A stretch of DNA of 51,745 nucleotides. Origin: Chiloscyllium plagiosum (lineage: Eukaryota). The notes below the pieces were generated by a model. It did not search any database. It had not been told where the DNA came from and saw only the letters and a program-made list of their open reading frames with translations. A program made the position numbers and the translations under genes. The stretch lies in contig NC_057711.1 of assembly GCF_004010195.1 (NCBI RefSeq), positions 75,600,638-75,652,382 of the forward strand, written 5' to 3'. Positions 1 through 13,536 of the stretch are shown here, piece after piece. Within the stretch, counting starts at the first letter, position 1; each line of letters opens with the position of its first letter.

Positions 1-1733
1 CCCCTCAAAGATCAGCAAGGTGGCCTTTGTGTGGAGCCACAGAAAATGGGGGAGATACTAAATGAATATTTTGCATCAGTATTTACTGTGGAAAAGGACA
101 TGGAAGATATAGACTGTAGGGAAATAGATGGTGACATCTTGCAAAATGTCCAGATTACAGAGGGGGAAGTGCTGGATGTCTTGAAACAGTTAAAGGTTGA
201 TAAATCCCCAGGACCTGATCAGGTATACCCGAGAACTCTGTGGAAAGCTAGAGAAGTGATTGCTGGGCCTCTTGCTGAGATATTTGTAACATCGATAGTC
301 ACAGGTGAGGTGGCAGAAGACTGAAGCTTGGCAAACGTGGTGTCACTGTTTAAGAAGGGGGGTAAAGACAAGCCAGGGAACTATAGACTGGTGATCCTGA
401 CCTCAGTGGTGGGCAAGTTGTTGGAGGGAATCCTGAGGGACAGGATGTATATGTATTTGGAAAGGCAAGGACTGATTAGGGATCGTCAACATGGCTTTGT
501 GCGTGGGAAATCACATCTCACAAACTTGATTGAGTTTTTTTGAAGAAGTAACAAAGAAGATTGATGAGGGCAGAGCTGTAGATGTGATCTATATGGACTT
601 CAGTCAGGCGTTCGACAAGGGAGACTGATTAGCAAGGTTAGATCTCATGTAACACAGGGAGAACTAGCCATTTGGATACAGAACTGGCTCAAAGATAGAA
701 GACAGAGGGTGGTGGTGGAGGGTTGTTTTTCAGACTGGAGGCCTGTGACCTCCAAAAGGATCGGTGCTGGGTCCTCTACTTTCTGTCATTTACATAAATG
801 ATTTGGATGTGAACATAAGAGTTACAGTTAGTAAGTTTCCTGATGACACAAAAATTGGAGGCGTAGTGGACAGCGAACAGAGTTACCTCAGACTACAATG
901 GGATCTTGACCAGATGGGCCAATGGGCTGAGAAGTGGCAAATGGAGTTTAATTCAAATAAATGCCAGGTGCTGCATTTTGGGAAAGCAAATCTCAGCAGG
1001 ACTTATATACTTACTGGTAAGGTTCTAGGGAGTGTTGCTGAACAAAGAGACCTTGGAGTGCAGGTTCATAGCTCCTTGAAAGTGGAGTCACAGGTAGATA
1101 GGATAGTGAACAAGGTATTTGGTATGCTTTCCTTTATTGGTCAGAGTATTGAGTACAGGGGTTGGGAGGTCATGTTGCGGCCGTACAGGACATTGGCAAG
1201 GCCACTGTTGGAGTATTACATGCAATTCTGGTCTCCTTCCTATTGGAAAGATGTTGTGAAACTTGAAAGTGTTCAGAAAAGGTTTACAAGGATGTCGCCA
1301 GGGTTGGAGGATTTGAGCTATAGGGAGAGGCTGAACAGGCTGGGGCTGTTTTCCCTGGAGAGTCGGAGGCTGAGGGGTGACATATCGAGGTTTACAAGAT
1401 TATGAAGGGTATGGATAGGATAAATAGACAAAGTCTTTTCCCTGGGATTGGGGAGTCCAGAACTAGAGGGCATAGATTTAGGGTGAGAGGGGAAAGATAT
1501 AAAAGAGAAAAACAGGGTGGTACGTGTATGGAATGAGCTGCCAGAGGAAGTGGTAGAGGCTGGTACAATTGCAACATTTAAGAGGCATTTGGATGGGTAT
1601 ATGAATAGGAAGGGTTTGGAGGGATATGGGCCGGGTGCTGGCAGGTGGGACTAGATTGGGTTGGGATATCTGGTCGGCATGGACGGGTTGGACCGAAGGT
1701 TCTGTTTCCATGCTGTACATCTCTATGACTCTA
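1..1733 (+). mobile_element. CR1-type LINE (HER1-like), 3' part of ORF2 (RT) and 3' tail; pseudogenised
   Basis: KSPGPD, GNYR, QHGF.RGKS, GPLL..IYIND, F(A)DDTK, RPLLEY..QFWSP motifs broken by stops/frameshifts; ends catctctatgactcta; colinear with 15001-16756. Confidence 0.93.
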
Positions 1734-1734
1734 G

Positions 1735-2056
1735 TTCCTGGTCAATGATAACACCATGGATATTGATGTTAGGGAGTCAAAATGGTAACACTATTGAATG
1801 TCAAGAGGTAATGGTGGGATTCTCTCTTAAAGGAGATAGTCACTTCCTCGCATTTGTGTGGTATGAATGTTACTTGCCACTTGTCACCCCAAGCCTGTAT
1901 ATTGTTCAGGTCTTATTGCATTTGGACATAGACTGCTTCAGTACCTGAGGAATCGTGAATGATGCTGAACATTGTGCAATTCCCAATGAACGATACCCAC
2001 TTCTGACCTTATAGTGGAGGCTAAGGTAGTTGTTGAAGCAGCTGAAAATGGTTGAT
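1735..2056 (-). mobile_element. Decayed fragment of a different non-LTR (CR1/L2-group) RT
   Basis: Minus strand reads PTIFSCF...RSEVG..CTMFS...DLNNIQAW..KWQVTF.PHKC. Related pieces at 6075-6280(+), 44850-45420(-) and 47990-48645(+). Confidence 0.6.
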
Positions 2057-3019
2057 CCAAAGATTCTGTTTGACCAGATTATTACCGGTAATAACCAAAA
2101 CAGAAATAAGCAAATTAAAATGCCAGGTGAATAGTCAATAGTTTAATTACTTGCTTTGAATCCAAAACTATGTCTGGATACAATCAAAAAAGAATTATTG
2201 GACCATTACTTAATTGATAATTGATGTTCATCTGCTCTGATATAACTGAGCTTGTGATGGATCCTGCCCACTCTGTGGTTTCGCTTGTGATTAAAATTAA
2301 TTTGTAGTTGACCGTCTGAATGACAATCGAAGAACTGGTCTGCCCTGCAATCTGTTCTGGCAAATGTTTCAACGTAACATTTATTTAGTTTAGAGCCACA
2401 CCTGTAAATTGTTGAGGTACACAGTGCTGAGGTGAAAGAATCAATCTAAGATTGGATCAATTTAAAAACAAAGTTAGAAAAGAAATGTGTTGTGTGAACA
2501 GGGAACACCGCAGAAGCCAGTGACTTACTGAACAGAAATTATAATATTTTACTGTCGCTGCTCTGATACAAAGTGTTCCCACAATGCTTGGGAGGTTTAC
2601 AGCATGTCTTTCTTTTGGAAGTTTATTTTCGTAGTCTGAGCATTTGCAGATATTATACAGAGTTTCCTCATCTGCCACTTCACTCTGCTGTCATCACCCG
2701 ATCTCAGAGTCTAACCAACTAAATAGTTAACCGAATGAACTGCCCTGGCAAAAGGCACCAATGATTAATGCCGTGCAGATTTCTCTTTCTTGACTTTGCT
2801 GAATCTCAAACTTTATTTACCTTTTACCCTCAGCAATATCACTCACTGAAATCAATATCCATGAATAGTGACTAAAACAGAAAGGAAATAAAATCAGATG
2901 GAAGGCACAAGCTTAGGCACACCTAGATAGCAGTGATCATAAAATGACTGAACTTTGCATTCAATTTGATGTAGAGGGGAATGGAACGAAGGCTTACATT
3001 TTCAACTCAAATAATGGCA

Positions 3020-4790
3020 AGAATACGGGAATGAAAAGAGAGTGAACAGGAAAATTAGGCTGAGCAATAAGTCAGAGGATATGTAAAGGACAAAAAAAAG
3101 TTAAGGAGATACTTCATAACACTCAGCAAACATATATTCCAGTGAAAAAGACACACTCTAGGAGAAGGGTGGATCATTCACGGCTAAAAACCCAAGTCAA
3201 AGATGATATCAGAATTAAAGCAAAAGCATACAATTCCATGAAGATTAGTGGTAGATCAGAAGATTGAATAGAATATTAAAAACACTAAAGAATGACGAAT
3301 AAAGTAAATGTAAATAAATCTCCAGGGTCAGATGAAACGTGTCCCAGGCTGATGAGTGAGGCAAGGGAGGAAATAACAGTCGTACTGACAATAATTTTCA
3401 ATTCCTTTCTGCCCACAGGAGAGGTGCCAGAGGATTGGAGGACAGGTAATGTTGTAACGTTATTCAAGGAGGAAGAAATAAACCAGAAATCTACAGACCA
3501 ATCAATCTAATGTCAGTGCTGGGAAAACTGTTGGAAGCAATACTGAGGAACAGAATTAATCTGCATTTGAAGGGGCAGGAATTAAACAAGAAAAGTCAGC
3601 AAAATTTAATTTAAGAGAGGTGATTTCTGACCAACTTGATTGAATATTTTAAAGAGGTGACCAGGTTTGTGGGTGAGGGCAATGCAGTTGATATTCTCTA
3701 CTTGGACTTCAGCAGGGCTTTTTTTAAGGTCCCACATAGAAGATTGATAAAAGGTAAAAGTCCAGGGGATCCACTTAAATTTGGATCTAGAATTGGCTGA
3801 GGAGCATGAAGCAGAATATAATAGTGAGGGTTGTTTCTATGACTGGAAGCCTGTGTCCAGTGGGGTTCCATAGGGATCAGTATTGGGGCCCTTGCTGTTT
3901 GTGGTATATGTAAATGATTGGAACTTGAATGCAGGATGCTTTTCGATAAGTTCACAGATGATGCGAAATTGGTGTGCAGTAAATAGTGAGGATGATATCC
4001 TTAAATTACAGAAGGATAAAGATGGACTGATCAGATGGGCAGATTAACAGCAAATGGATTCCAAAATGGAGAAGTGTAAGGTGATGCACGTGGGGAGGAC
4101 AAAAAGACAAGGAAATACATGATGAATAGTAGGACATATGGAGCATATCCAATAGTCCCTTAAGGTTGCAGGACAGGTAGATAAAGTGATCAAGAAGGCA
4201 TATGTGATACTTAAATTTATTGGCTAACAGCAGGGAGGTGATGCTGGAACTGCATACAATGCTGGTTAGACTACAGCTGGAACACTGTATGATGTTCTGG
4301 AATCCACATTATAGAAGAGACGTGATTGGATTGGAGAGGGTGCAGAACAGATTTACCAGATGTTGCCTGAGCTCTCAGTTATGAAAAGAAATTGCGTCAG
4401 TCACAGTTGTTTTCCTTGGTAGAGAGGACATGATTGTGTGTATGAAATTATGAAAGGCATAGGCAGGGAAGATGGGAAGGAACTATTCCCCACAGTAGAT
4501 GGCTCAATGACTAGGCGGCACAGACTTAAGGTAAGGGGCAGAAGGAATGCAAGGAAAAATATTTTCATCCAGAGGCTGGTGAGAATTTGGAACTCATTGC
4601 CTGTCAGGGTGATAGAGACAGAAATACTCATAATCATTATTTAGATATACACTTGAGATGCCAAGGCATGCAAGGCTATAGGCCAAATGCTAAATAATGG
4701 GATTAGCATAGTTAGGTGCACATCTCTGACCTACACAGGGTCATTGGGTTCAATGGCCTTTTTCTGTGCTGTCTACCTCTTTGTCTCTCT
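3020..4790 (+). mobile_element. Old, heavily decayed CR1 ORF2/3' end
   Basis: KSPGSD.TCPRL, GEVPEDWR..NV, YLDFS.AF.KVPH, GSVLGPLLF, QRLVRIWNSLP remnants with many stops. Confidence 0.82.
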
Positions 4791-4809
4791 TTTATTTTCC
4801 AACTTTCCC

Positions 4810-5445
4810 AAGGTTTTGGAAAGGTCCCCTCATAAAATAGCAACTTCCAAGGGGAATGCTATATAAAGGTAAGGAAGTTTGTTCAATTTGTGCAGGGCAT
4901 TGGTGAGACTACATGTGGAGTACAGTATATAGTTTTGGTCTTTTTTTTGAAGAAGGGATAGAATCTCTTTGAAAAGAGTGCAAAGAAGGTTCACTTAACT
5001 GATTCATGGGATGTGGGGCTGTCTTGTGAGAAACCACTGGACCTGCATCTACCACAATTTAGAAGTCCAAGAGGTGATCTTATTTGAAAGAAACAAGTTA
5101 GAAACAGGAGTAGGCCATCTTGCACATCCACCATTTAATAAAATCATGGTTAATCTGATTGCAACCTCAACTCCACATTCCCACTTGTCCCTCACAACCT
5201 TTCATTCCTTTACTTAGAAGAATCTATCCACCTCTGCCTTTAATAATATTCAAAGTCACTGCTTCCAACATCTTTTGAGGAAAAGAGTATTCCAAAGTTT
5301 GAGAATCCTCTGAAAGAAAAAAAAGTTCTTTGCATCTCTGGACTAAAATAGTAACCATGGGTTATAGATTCTCCCAAAAGGGGAAACACCCTCTCTGGGT
5401 CTACCCTATCAAGCACCCTCGGGATCTCAAAAGCCAAGTTGCCTC
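4810..5445. mobile_element. Short decayed CR1 3'-region fragments (+ strand 4810-5090; - strand ~5100-5445)
   Basis: ALVRLHVEY..FWS-like stretch on +; RVLDRVDPERVFPLLGES on -. Confidence 0.55.
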
Positions 5446-6431
5446 TTAAAAATAGCAGTGTTTAAAGTCAATGGGACATAGATAACCAATTTGAGAGATT
5501 CCCAGGCATTCCCGGAGGCTTGGCAGCCCCAAGGTCAAACCTTTAAGGCAGAAGTTTCCCCTTTGTGAAGGCCTTGTGTGAAAACTAGTCTCAACCTACT
5601 TCATAGGAGCACAGCTCCACCTAAAACTGCCACTAAATCAGTGCTATTTCATTTGACTGCAGAATAAATAATGTGGAAGGTGTAACAATGCTGCATTAAA
5701 GGTCCCTTAGTATTTTGGCATTGAAATATATTGGAGGGCAGAGTGGCTATAAATCTAACTGAGCTGTGTCAAATTTTCATTAACATTGTCCACATCATCC
5801 ATATCATCCTTGTCCAAGTTTTTGTAAGAGATATATTTGACTTTTCTCAATGAAGCTGCTAATTATGCTTACTTACAAATTCATTTCAATCTGATGTGTT
5901 AAGAGAATAACAATCAATGAACTAATTGATTTTTTTTTTAATGCCTGACATTTTATAGCACAGCACAAAGCTGGGAATTTAAAGGTGCTCCCGTAGATTA
6001 TTGGGTTAAATATTTTCTTGGTGCAATGTCAGGTTGTAAGACCAAAAGGAAATTCCAGCAGATACATGGAAACTTCACCAGCTACAAGTTCTCCCCAAAA
6101 CTACTCACCATCCTGACTTGGAAATATATCCCCATTCCTTTAGTGTTGCTGGGTCAACATCCTGGAATTCCCTCCTTGATGGTGTAGTGGGAGTATTTCC
6201 TGCAAATACACTCTGCAGTTCAAGGAGGCAGCTCACCACCATTCTCTTAAAGCATTAAATGTTGATCTAGCCAACAATGGCTTTTTTTTTTAAAGTCACT
6301 TCAGATAATTAATATATTTTGATATACATTCTGAATCTAAGTATTGGAGAGCAATGATTGTTGAAATGCAGTGAAAAAAGTCACAATCTACTAGAGAGAT
6401 AAAGATATCATATTACTTCAACCAAAACTAT

Positions 6432-6747
6432 GCTGTGACCCGACAGCATATATTTAGAGATGTATCGGGCTCTGCATAAAAATGAAGTGAGATTCCCTAC
6501 AAGCAGTATTTCTACACTATTTCAGTCTGAAACCATTTGTAAATCCAGTGCAGTGACAAATTTGTCTAGTAACATTCTCAGATCCATTAGAGAGATCTCA
6601 AAGCAACTTGTAATGTTTAATAACTCTCCGGTCCCCACTTCCTAAACATCAATTCTATTTTAAGTCACAGTTATGGTGCATGAAAATTACACACACAGCA
6701 TAGCTACCAACTCTAAGAAGGCCTGTCCAATATTGTGTTGTGATTCC
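6432..6747. repeat. Intronic duplicated segment, copy 1 (copy 2 at 18263-18874, split by a SINE)
   Basis: Long colinear matches, e.g. ctacactatttcagtctgaaacca, gtaacattctcagatccattaga, cacacagcatagctacca.ctctaagaagg, tccaatattgtgttgtgattcc. Confidence 0.9.
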
Positions 6748-6803
6748 TGCCTTTTCCATCTAGAAAATGGGCAGTTAATTAAGAAAATGACTAAAATACT
6801 TAC

Positions 6804-6853
6804 GATGACTTCCTGCTTAGGTTATTCGGCAAAAACAAATCTTTAGTCAGATC
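6804..6853 (-). CDS. TRPM6: TRPM6 small linker exon (DLTKDLFLPNNLSRKS)
   Basis: Resembles recalled human DLSKNSLWNSRSTNLNRNS; strong ttttcag| and |gtaagt; 50 nt, phase 0->2. Confidence 0.72.
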
Positions 6854-7009
6854 CTGAAAATTTAGAAATATTCTAATTATTTGTCTTTCACTTTGCACAA
6901 CATGAAGTAGTAATTCAGCAATAAAACTATCACACAAGTACATCAGCAAAATAAAGGCAAGATTCAGAAATGTTTGTATTAAAACAGAAAATATTGTAGG
7001 TACTCAACT

Positions 7010-9800
7010 GAATTTGTAACACAGTAGATGAATTAATGGCACAAATTATTGTGAATGATTATGATGTGGCATCACAGAGATGTGGTTGCAGGAGGTTCAG
7101 GACTGACAGTTAAACATCCAAAGATTTCAAACTTAACGAAAAGACAGGGAGGTGGGCAGAGGGGGTAGGATTACCTTGTTTATTAAGAATGAAATTAAAT
7201 CTATGGCACTGAATGACACAGGGTCAGATGATGTTTAGTCTGTGTGGGAGGAGTTGAGGAACCACAAAGGCAAAAACACCATAATGAGAGTTATGTACAG
7301 ACCTCCTAACAGTGGTCAGGACCAGGGGCGCAAGACATACCAGGAAATAGATAGGGCATGGCAGAAAAGCAAGGTCACAGTGATCATGGGGGACTTCAAT
7401 ATGCAAGTGGACTGGGTCAATACTATTGCCAGTGGATCCAAAGAAAGGGAATTCATGCAATGCTTACAGGATGGCTTTTTGGAACATCTTGTGATGGAGC
7501 CCACAAGGGAGCAGGCTATTCTGGATTTAGTGCTAAGTAATGAGTCAGACTTTATAAAAGATCTTAAAGTAAGGGAACACTTAGGAAGCAGCGATCATAA
7601 TATGGTAGAGTTCGGTCTACAGTTTGAAAGAGAGAAAGCAAAATCGGATGTAATGGTGTTACAGTTAAACAAAGGTGCATGAGAGAGGAACTGACGAAAA
7701 TTGACTGGAAGCAGAGCCTAGTGGGAAAGACAGTAGAGCAACAATGGCAGGAGTTTCTGGATGTAATTGAGGACACAGTACAGAGGTTCATCCCAAATAA
7801 AAGATTATCTGGGAGTGGGAGGCGGGGTGGAATTAGACAGCTATGGGTGGCAAAGGAAGTCAGGAAATGTATCAAACAAAAAGAAAGAGCCTATAAAGTG
7901 GCCAAGAGCACTGGAAAATCAGAAGATTGGGAAGACTAAAAAACAAACAGAGGATAACAAAGAGAGAAATAAGGAAGGAGAGGATCAAATATGAAGGTAG
8001 GCTAGCCAATAATATTAGAAATGATAGTAAAAGTTTCTTTCAATACATAAGAAACAAATGAGAGGCAAAAATAGACATTGGGCCACTCCAAATTAATGCA
8101 GGAAGACTAGTGATGGGAGATAAGGAAATAACTGAGGAACTTAATAAGTACTTTGCGTCAGTCTTCACAGTGGAAGACAGGAGTAATATCCCAACAATTA
8201 AGGAGAGTCAGGGGGCAGAGTTGAGTATGGTAGCCATTACAAAATAGAAAGTGCTTTAAAAGCTAAAAGATCTAAAACTTGATAAATTGCCTGGCTCCAA
8301 TGGGCTACATCCGAGAGTTCTGAGGGAGGTGGCTGAGGAAATAGCAGAGGTGCTGACTGTAATCTTTCAAAAGTCACTGGAGTCTGGGAAGGTCCCAGAT
8401 GATTGGAAAATCACTGTTCTAATACTCTTGTTCAAGAAAGGATCAAGAAAAAAGGTGGAAAACTATAGGCCGATTCGCCTAACCTCACTTGTTAGTAAAC
8501 TTCTAGAATCCATTGTCAAGGATGAGATTTCTAAATTCTTGGTAGTGCAGGGTTGGATTAGAACAAGTCAGATGGATTTAGTAAAGGAAGGTCTTGCCTG
8601 ACAAATCTGTTAGAATTCTTTGAAGAGGTAAAAGTAGGTTAGACCAGGGAAACCCAGTGGATGTTTCTATTTAGACTTCCAAAAGGTCTTTGATAAAGTG
8701 CCTCATGGGAGGCTGCTGAGTAAGGTGAAGGCCCATGGTGTTTGAGGTGAGCTGTTGGCATGGATTGAGGATTGGCTGTCTGACAGAAAGCAGAGAGTTA
8801 AGATAAAATGTTCTTTTTTGGAAAGGCAGCCAGTGACAATGGTGTCCCGCAGGGTTCAATGTTGGGGCCAGAGCTGTTCACTGGGGGCATTCTGGCAAAG
8901 TTTGCCAATGATTCAAAGTTAGGTGGACAGGCAGGTACAGAGGAGGACGTGGGGAGGCTACAGAAAGATTGAGACAGTTTAGGAGAGTGACCCAGGAAAT
9001 GGCTGATGAAATTCAACGTGAGCAAACGCAATGTCTTGCACTTTGGAAAAAAGAATACAGGCATGGACTATTTTCTAAACGGTGAGAAAATTCATAAAGC
9101 CAAAGTACAAAGGGATCTGCAAGTGCTTGTCCAGGTTGAGTCTGTGATTAAGAAAGCGAATGCATTGTTGTCATTTATCTCAAGAGGGTTGGAATATAAA
9201 AGCAGCGATGTGCTACTGAGACTTTATAAAGCTCTAGTTAGACCCCATTTGGAATACTGTGTCCAATTTTGGGCCCCACACCTCAGGAAGGACATACTGG
9301 CACTGGAGCGTGTCCAGCAGAGATTCACATGGATGATCCCTGGAACAGCTGGCCTAACATATGATGAACGGCTGAGGATCCTGGGATTGTATTCATTTGA
9401 GATCAGAAGGTTGAGGGGAGATCTAATACAAACTTACAAAATAATGCATGGCTTAGAAAGGGTGGATGTTGGAAAGTTGTTTCCGTTGGGGTGGTGGAGG
9501 AGACTAGGCCCCATGTGCACAGCCTTAGAATTAGAGGGGGTCAATTTTGTACGGAAATGAGGAGGCTTTTCTTCAGCCAGAGAGTGGTGGGCCTGTGGAA
9601 TTCTTTGCCACTGAGTGCAGTGAAGGCCGGGACATTAAATGTCTCCAAGGCAGAGATTGATAAATTCTTAATCTCACAAGGAATTAAGGCTACAGGGAGA
9701 GTGCAGGTAAGTTGAATTGAAATGCCCATCAGCCATGATTAAATGGCAGAGTGGACTTGATGGCCTTACTTCCACTCTTCTATATTATGGTTTTATGGTC
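7010..9800 (+). mobile_element. CR1 LINE (different subfamily), near-complete ORF2: APE endonuclease + RT + 3' tail; inserted into a palindromic PLE-derived repeat
   Basis: ITEMWL, YRPPNS, MGDFN, EPTREQAILDL, SSDHN (APE); PG.NGLHPRVL, NYRPI.LTS, LDFQK.FDKVPH, FAND.K, ALVRPHLEYCVQFWAP (RT); tail ttatggttttatggtc; multiple stops/frameshifts. Confidence 0.92.
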
Positions 9801-10746
9801 TGCCAGAGCTTGTGGATAAAGAAACAGAGTTAACTTTGTTAGCTTGTGGTCTTTGATTGATCTGAAGCATCACATCTGCTTTTCCATCCGCGATGCAGCC
9901 TGCCTTACTGATTTCCAATACTTTCTATTCTTTTCACTTCAGATTTCAAACATTTGCAATATTTTGCTTTTCCAATTCCAATAATTTTCTGACTTTACTT
10001 CAACTTTTCAATAGCAACTGTGTTTTACTTTATGTCAGAATTCTTTTATTGTGTTTTAAACACCTATCACCTAATATATTTGGGATAAGAATTACTAATG
10101 ATGTCAGAAAAATATTTTCATGAGAAAGAAGTGTCACATTGAAAGATGAACATATGTCTTTTTTAAAAAATATTTTTCCAGACATCGCATACAGTTATTA
10201 TTAGTTCTCACTTTTTGCTGACAAGGTGCTTAAGTCCTTTTTTCCTAGACAAAAATCAACTGGATGCAAAATCTCATTGCCCTGGCTCTTAGAGCACAAT
10301 TCAAAACATAGGTATTCAAACTCCTTGATCATTCCTGCAGAATTCCATTGCAGTACCTGTGAAATTTCTGTAAACTTGATTCAGTCACAGAACCATTGTG
10401 TTCCAGATGTGCACAGGAATTTCCATGCCTTTGTTTCTGGACAAAGTCTTTCCCTGGCCCCGGCATGGCCAGTGACATGAAGGATTGAGAAAGACACTTA
10501 TTACACTGGTAGTCCCTATGTCTCCAGCCTCCTAAGAATTCAGATTAATCTGGCAGGCCATACAATAAGTAAAACACCCATAAAGCCTTTATAATAAGCC
10601 AAAGTGTACCCCACCAGGTACAGGGTATGTCCAGGGCAGAATTGGAACTTGGTATCCCCAGGTGGCAGATTCATTTTTAAAAGTATTTGTAGCAGTTAAG
10701 CAACGTGTGGGGTCTGAGGAAAAGAATGAACTAATAGAATGAACTT

Positions 10747-11068
10747 GGCAGCACAGTGGTTCAGTGGTTAGCACCTCTGCTTCATAGCACCAGGGACCTG
10801 GGTTCAATTCCAGCCTCGGGCGACTGTCTTTGTGGAGTTTGCATGTTCTCCCCATGTCTGCGCGGGCAGCCTCCAGGTGCTCCAGTTTTCTCCTACAGTC
10901 CAAGATGAATTGGTAATGCTAAATTGCCTAGAGTGTTCAGGGATGTGTTAGTTAGGGGCAAGTGTAGAGTAATAGCTAGGGGAATGGGTTTGGATGGGAT
11001 ACTCTTCGGAGGGTTGGTTTGGACTTGTTGGGCTGAAGGGCCTGTTCCCACACTGTAGGGATTCTATG
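10747..11068 (+). mobile_element. HE1-like tRNA-derived SINE
   Basis: Pol III A box tggttcagtgg, B box ggttcaattcc, central tgtggagtttgca.gttctcccc domain, CR1-derived tail gggcctgtt..cacactgtagggattcta. Confidence 0.88.
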
Positions 11069-12543
11069 GAAAACAGCACTCTGTAAATCAATCAAAATAT
11101 TTTGGATGCTGGAAATCTGGAACATATAGAGAGGATGGTACAGAGATGCAACAGGTTTGACAGCATCAGAGAGAAAAAAAGGAGTTAACATTTCTAGTCT
11201 GGTATGACTTTACTTCAAAAGGATTCTGAGTAATCCAAGATGGAGGGCGGGAAAAATTTCTGGCTGTAACAGGCTGCTCTTTTTTTTTTGAGGTATTTTA
11301 GGTGTCGAAGGTGATTTCCTCAAAATCCAGGAGCAGCAATTACTGTTTTACGTACTGTTGCATTGTTTTGGAACTTTGGAGAAAAAGAAAAGTCAAAACA
11401 ATGGACTTTTAAAAGGGAGATAAACAGACAAAAGCAGCACATGGTCTGTGCAGGAAAGTGAGATAGAGAGAAAAAGAAGCCCACGCTGCTAACTGACACA
11501 GCAGTGAACCTGCACAGTTCCTGCCTTTGCTGTTGAATTCATCTATTGCCGGACGTCAGAGTGCGTCTGGGAAAATTAACAAACAGTGAAATTCACAAGT
11601 AATCTTGGAGGAATCTGTTTGGGAGAGGTCACAGCACAAAGACAGATAGGTGAATAGTTTTAAATGTGGCCTTGGGGCCTTGCTAGAAGTCTGCAGTAGT
11701 GAATAGAGTGGGTTCTTTCTTGATTATATGTTTTATTTGGGGCCTCTCAATTAAACTTTTAAAAAAAGCAAGAAGTATTAAGTTAGCCTGGAGCAGTGTT
11801 TTGTAGAGGAATAAGACAGTGCCATTTTCTGGGTCTGCAGATTGGAAGAAGCAAAAATGGCCCTTAGTAGAGTGATATGCTCTTCTTGTCGGATATGGGG
11901 GTTTAGGGAGAGTTTACGTGTTACTGAGGATTATACTTGCAATAAATGCTGTTGGTTGCAAATCCCATCAGATTAAATGGTTGGAGCAACAGTTGGAGGC
12001 AATGAGGAATTTACAAGAGCAAGGGAGTGTGATGGATGGCAGTTATAGGAACGGGGCAAAGTCGCGGTTACAGTAACATAGATGGGTTAACTCCAGGACA
12101 GGTAGGCAGGTAGCGCAGGAGTCTTCTGTGGCTATCCCCATTTCAAATAAGTATGCTGTTTTGGAAAATGTAAGGGGTGGTGGACTCTCAGGGGAATGTA
12201 GCACGAATATCCAAGTTTCTGGTATCGAGACTGGTTCTAATGCAATGAGAGGTACATCGGGTTCCAAGCGATCGATTGTGTTAAGGGACTCTCTAGTCTG
12301 AGGTACAGACAGATGTTTCTGTGACCAGCAACAAAAAATCAGAATGGTGTGTTGCATTCCTGGTGCTAGGATCAAGGATGTCTGAGAGAGATTACAGAAT
12401 GTTCTCAAGGGGAGCAGGATCAGCAGGAGGTCACTGTACACATTGGAACCAACGACATAGGAAGGAAAAAGGTTGAGATTCTGATTGGAAAATATAGAGC
12501 GTTAGGCAGGAATTCAAAAAGGAGGTCCTAGAGAGAAGTAATA

Positions 12544-13536
12544 CAGAGGAACCTCAATTATCCAAATGAGATGGGCAAACATCCTCCCCCCCACCGTGAG
12601 ACCCCATCCGCTCCACCCTCCCCGTCCATCCCTGGCGCTATCTGCCCCAACCCCTGCACACCATCCACACCCCTCCCGACCTCAGGCACCCCACCACCAC
12701 CAAACCCATCCATAACCCCCCTCCAGGGCAGCTGGACTGGACACCAACAGGAAGACTGTTGCTGCCTTGTGGGCGGCACGGTGGCACAGTGGTTAGCACT
12801 GCTGCCTCACAGCGCCAGAGACCCAGGTTCAACTCCCGCCTCAGGTGACTCTCTGTGTGGAGTTTGCACATTCTCCCCGTGTCTGCGTGGGTTTCCTCCG
12901 GGTGCTCCGGTTTCCTCCCACAGTCCAAAAATGTGCAGGTTAGGTGAATTGGCCATGCTAAATTGCCCGTAGTGTTAGCTGAAGGGGTAAATGTAGGAGT
13001 ATGGGTCTGGGTGGTATACGCTTCGGCAGGTCGGTGTGGACTTGTTGGGCCATCGGGCCTGTTTCCACATTGTAAGTAATCTAATCTAATCTAATCTAAT
13101 CTAATCTAATCTGCCTTTAGGGGGGGTTAGTCTCCAAATAGCTAGCATAAGCACAGGCATGTGCGCACACACACACATAGCCAGACACACAGCTTTTTAC
13201 TGCAACTTTTTGACAAGTTCCATCTTTGCCCTGTACAGGACAGTGTTGAAGAGGTTATATGGAGAAGGGGGGTTCATTGTACACCCCTGTTTAGAACTCC
13301 AGGGAAAGTATGGAGAGAGAGAGAGAGAGGGAGCTGGCAGTCAGTCATTTGGAGACGGTGCCTGGGCTTTCAGCAGCATTTCAGTAAGCTTGGTTCATTT
13401 TTAATCATTGTAAACAAAAGACACAATCAGTGTTGGAAACACGTCTTTGATGTGATGTTTCTATCAGGAACTTGAGATATTTTTCAGTAAATCCGATATT
13501 TGGATAATTGATATTCGGATAATCAAGATTCCTCTG
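12544..13536. mobile_element. Non-autonomous Tc1/mariner (pogo/Tigger-like) DNA transposon (MITE)
   Basis: TA duplication at 12542-43 and 13537-38; 23-bp TIRs cagaggaacctcaattatccaaa vs revcomp cagaggaatcttgattatccgaa (19/23, mismatches mostly CpG decay); CR1 ORF1 resumes on removal; internal (CA)n/(GA)n. Confidence 0.85.
12771..13111 (+). mobile_element. Young HE1-like SINE with (TAATC)n tail, nested in the MITE
   Basis: A box tggcacagtgg, B box ggttcaactcc, CpGs retained, ~7x TAATC tail at 13077-13111, ctgcctt direct repeat at 12762-68 and 13111-17. Confidence 0.92.

Noticed and set aside
2184..2678. Minus-strand ORFs of 62 and 73 aa as kinase-domain exons
   Set aside because: No ERNNLMRL or alpha-kinase motifs; the kinase exons appear to lie outside the window.
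2821..2871. Possible next TRPM6 micro-exon (strong ttttag acceptor; donors after 25 or 51 nt)
   Set aside because: The phase-compatible translation HYSWILIS(VSDIAEGK) shows no recognisable similarity; unresolved without RNA-seq.
5868..5895. Possible micro-exon between catcag and gtaagt
   Set aside because: In the required phase it gives an immediate TGA, and there is no homology support.
6457..6600. H/ACA snoRNA interpretation of the duplicated segment (ACA near one end on the sense strand)
   Set aside because: Similarity continues past the ACA, there is no clear H box or two-hairpin fold, and a SINE interrupts copy 2.
10747..10820. tRNA genes at A/B-box sequences
   Set aside because: They continue into SINE body and LINE-derived tails; no complete cloverleaf.
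12571..12972. 133-aa proline-rich ORF
   Set aside because: Artefact of C-rich MITE sequence fused to a SINE.
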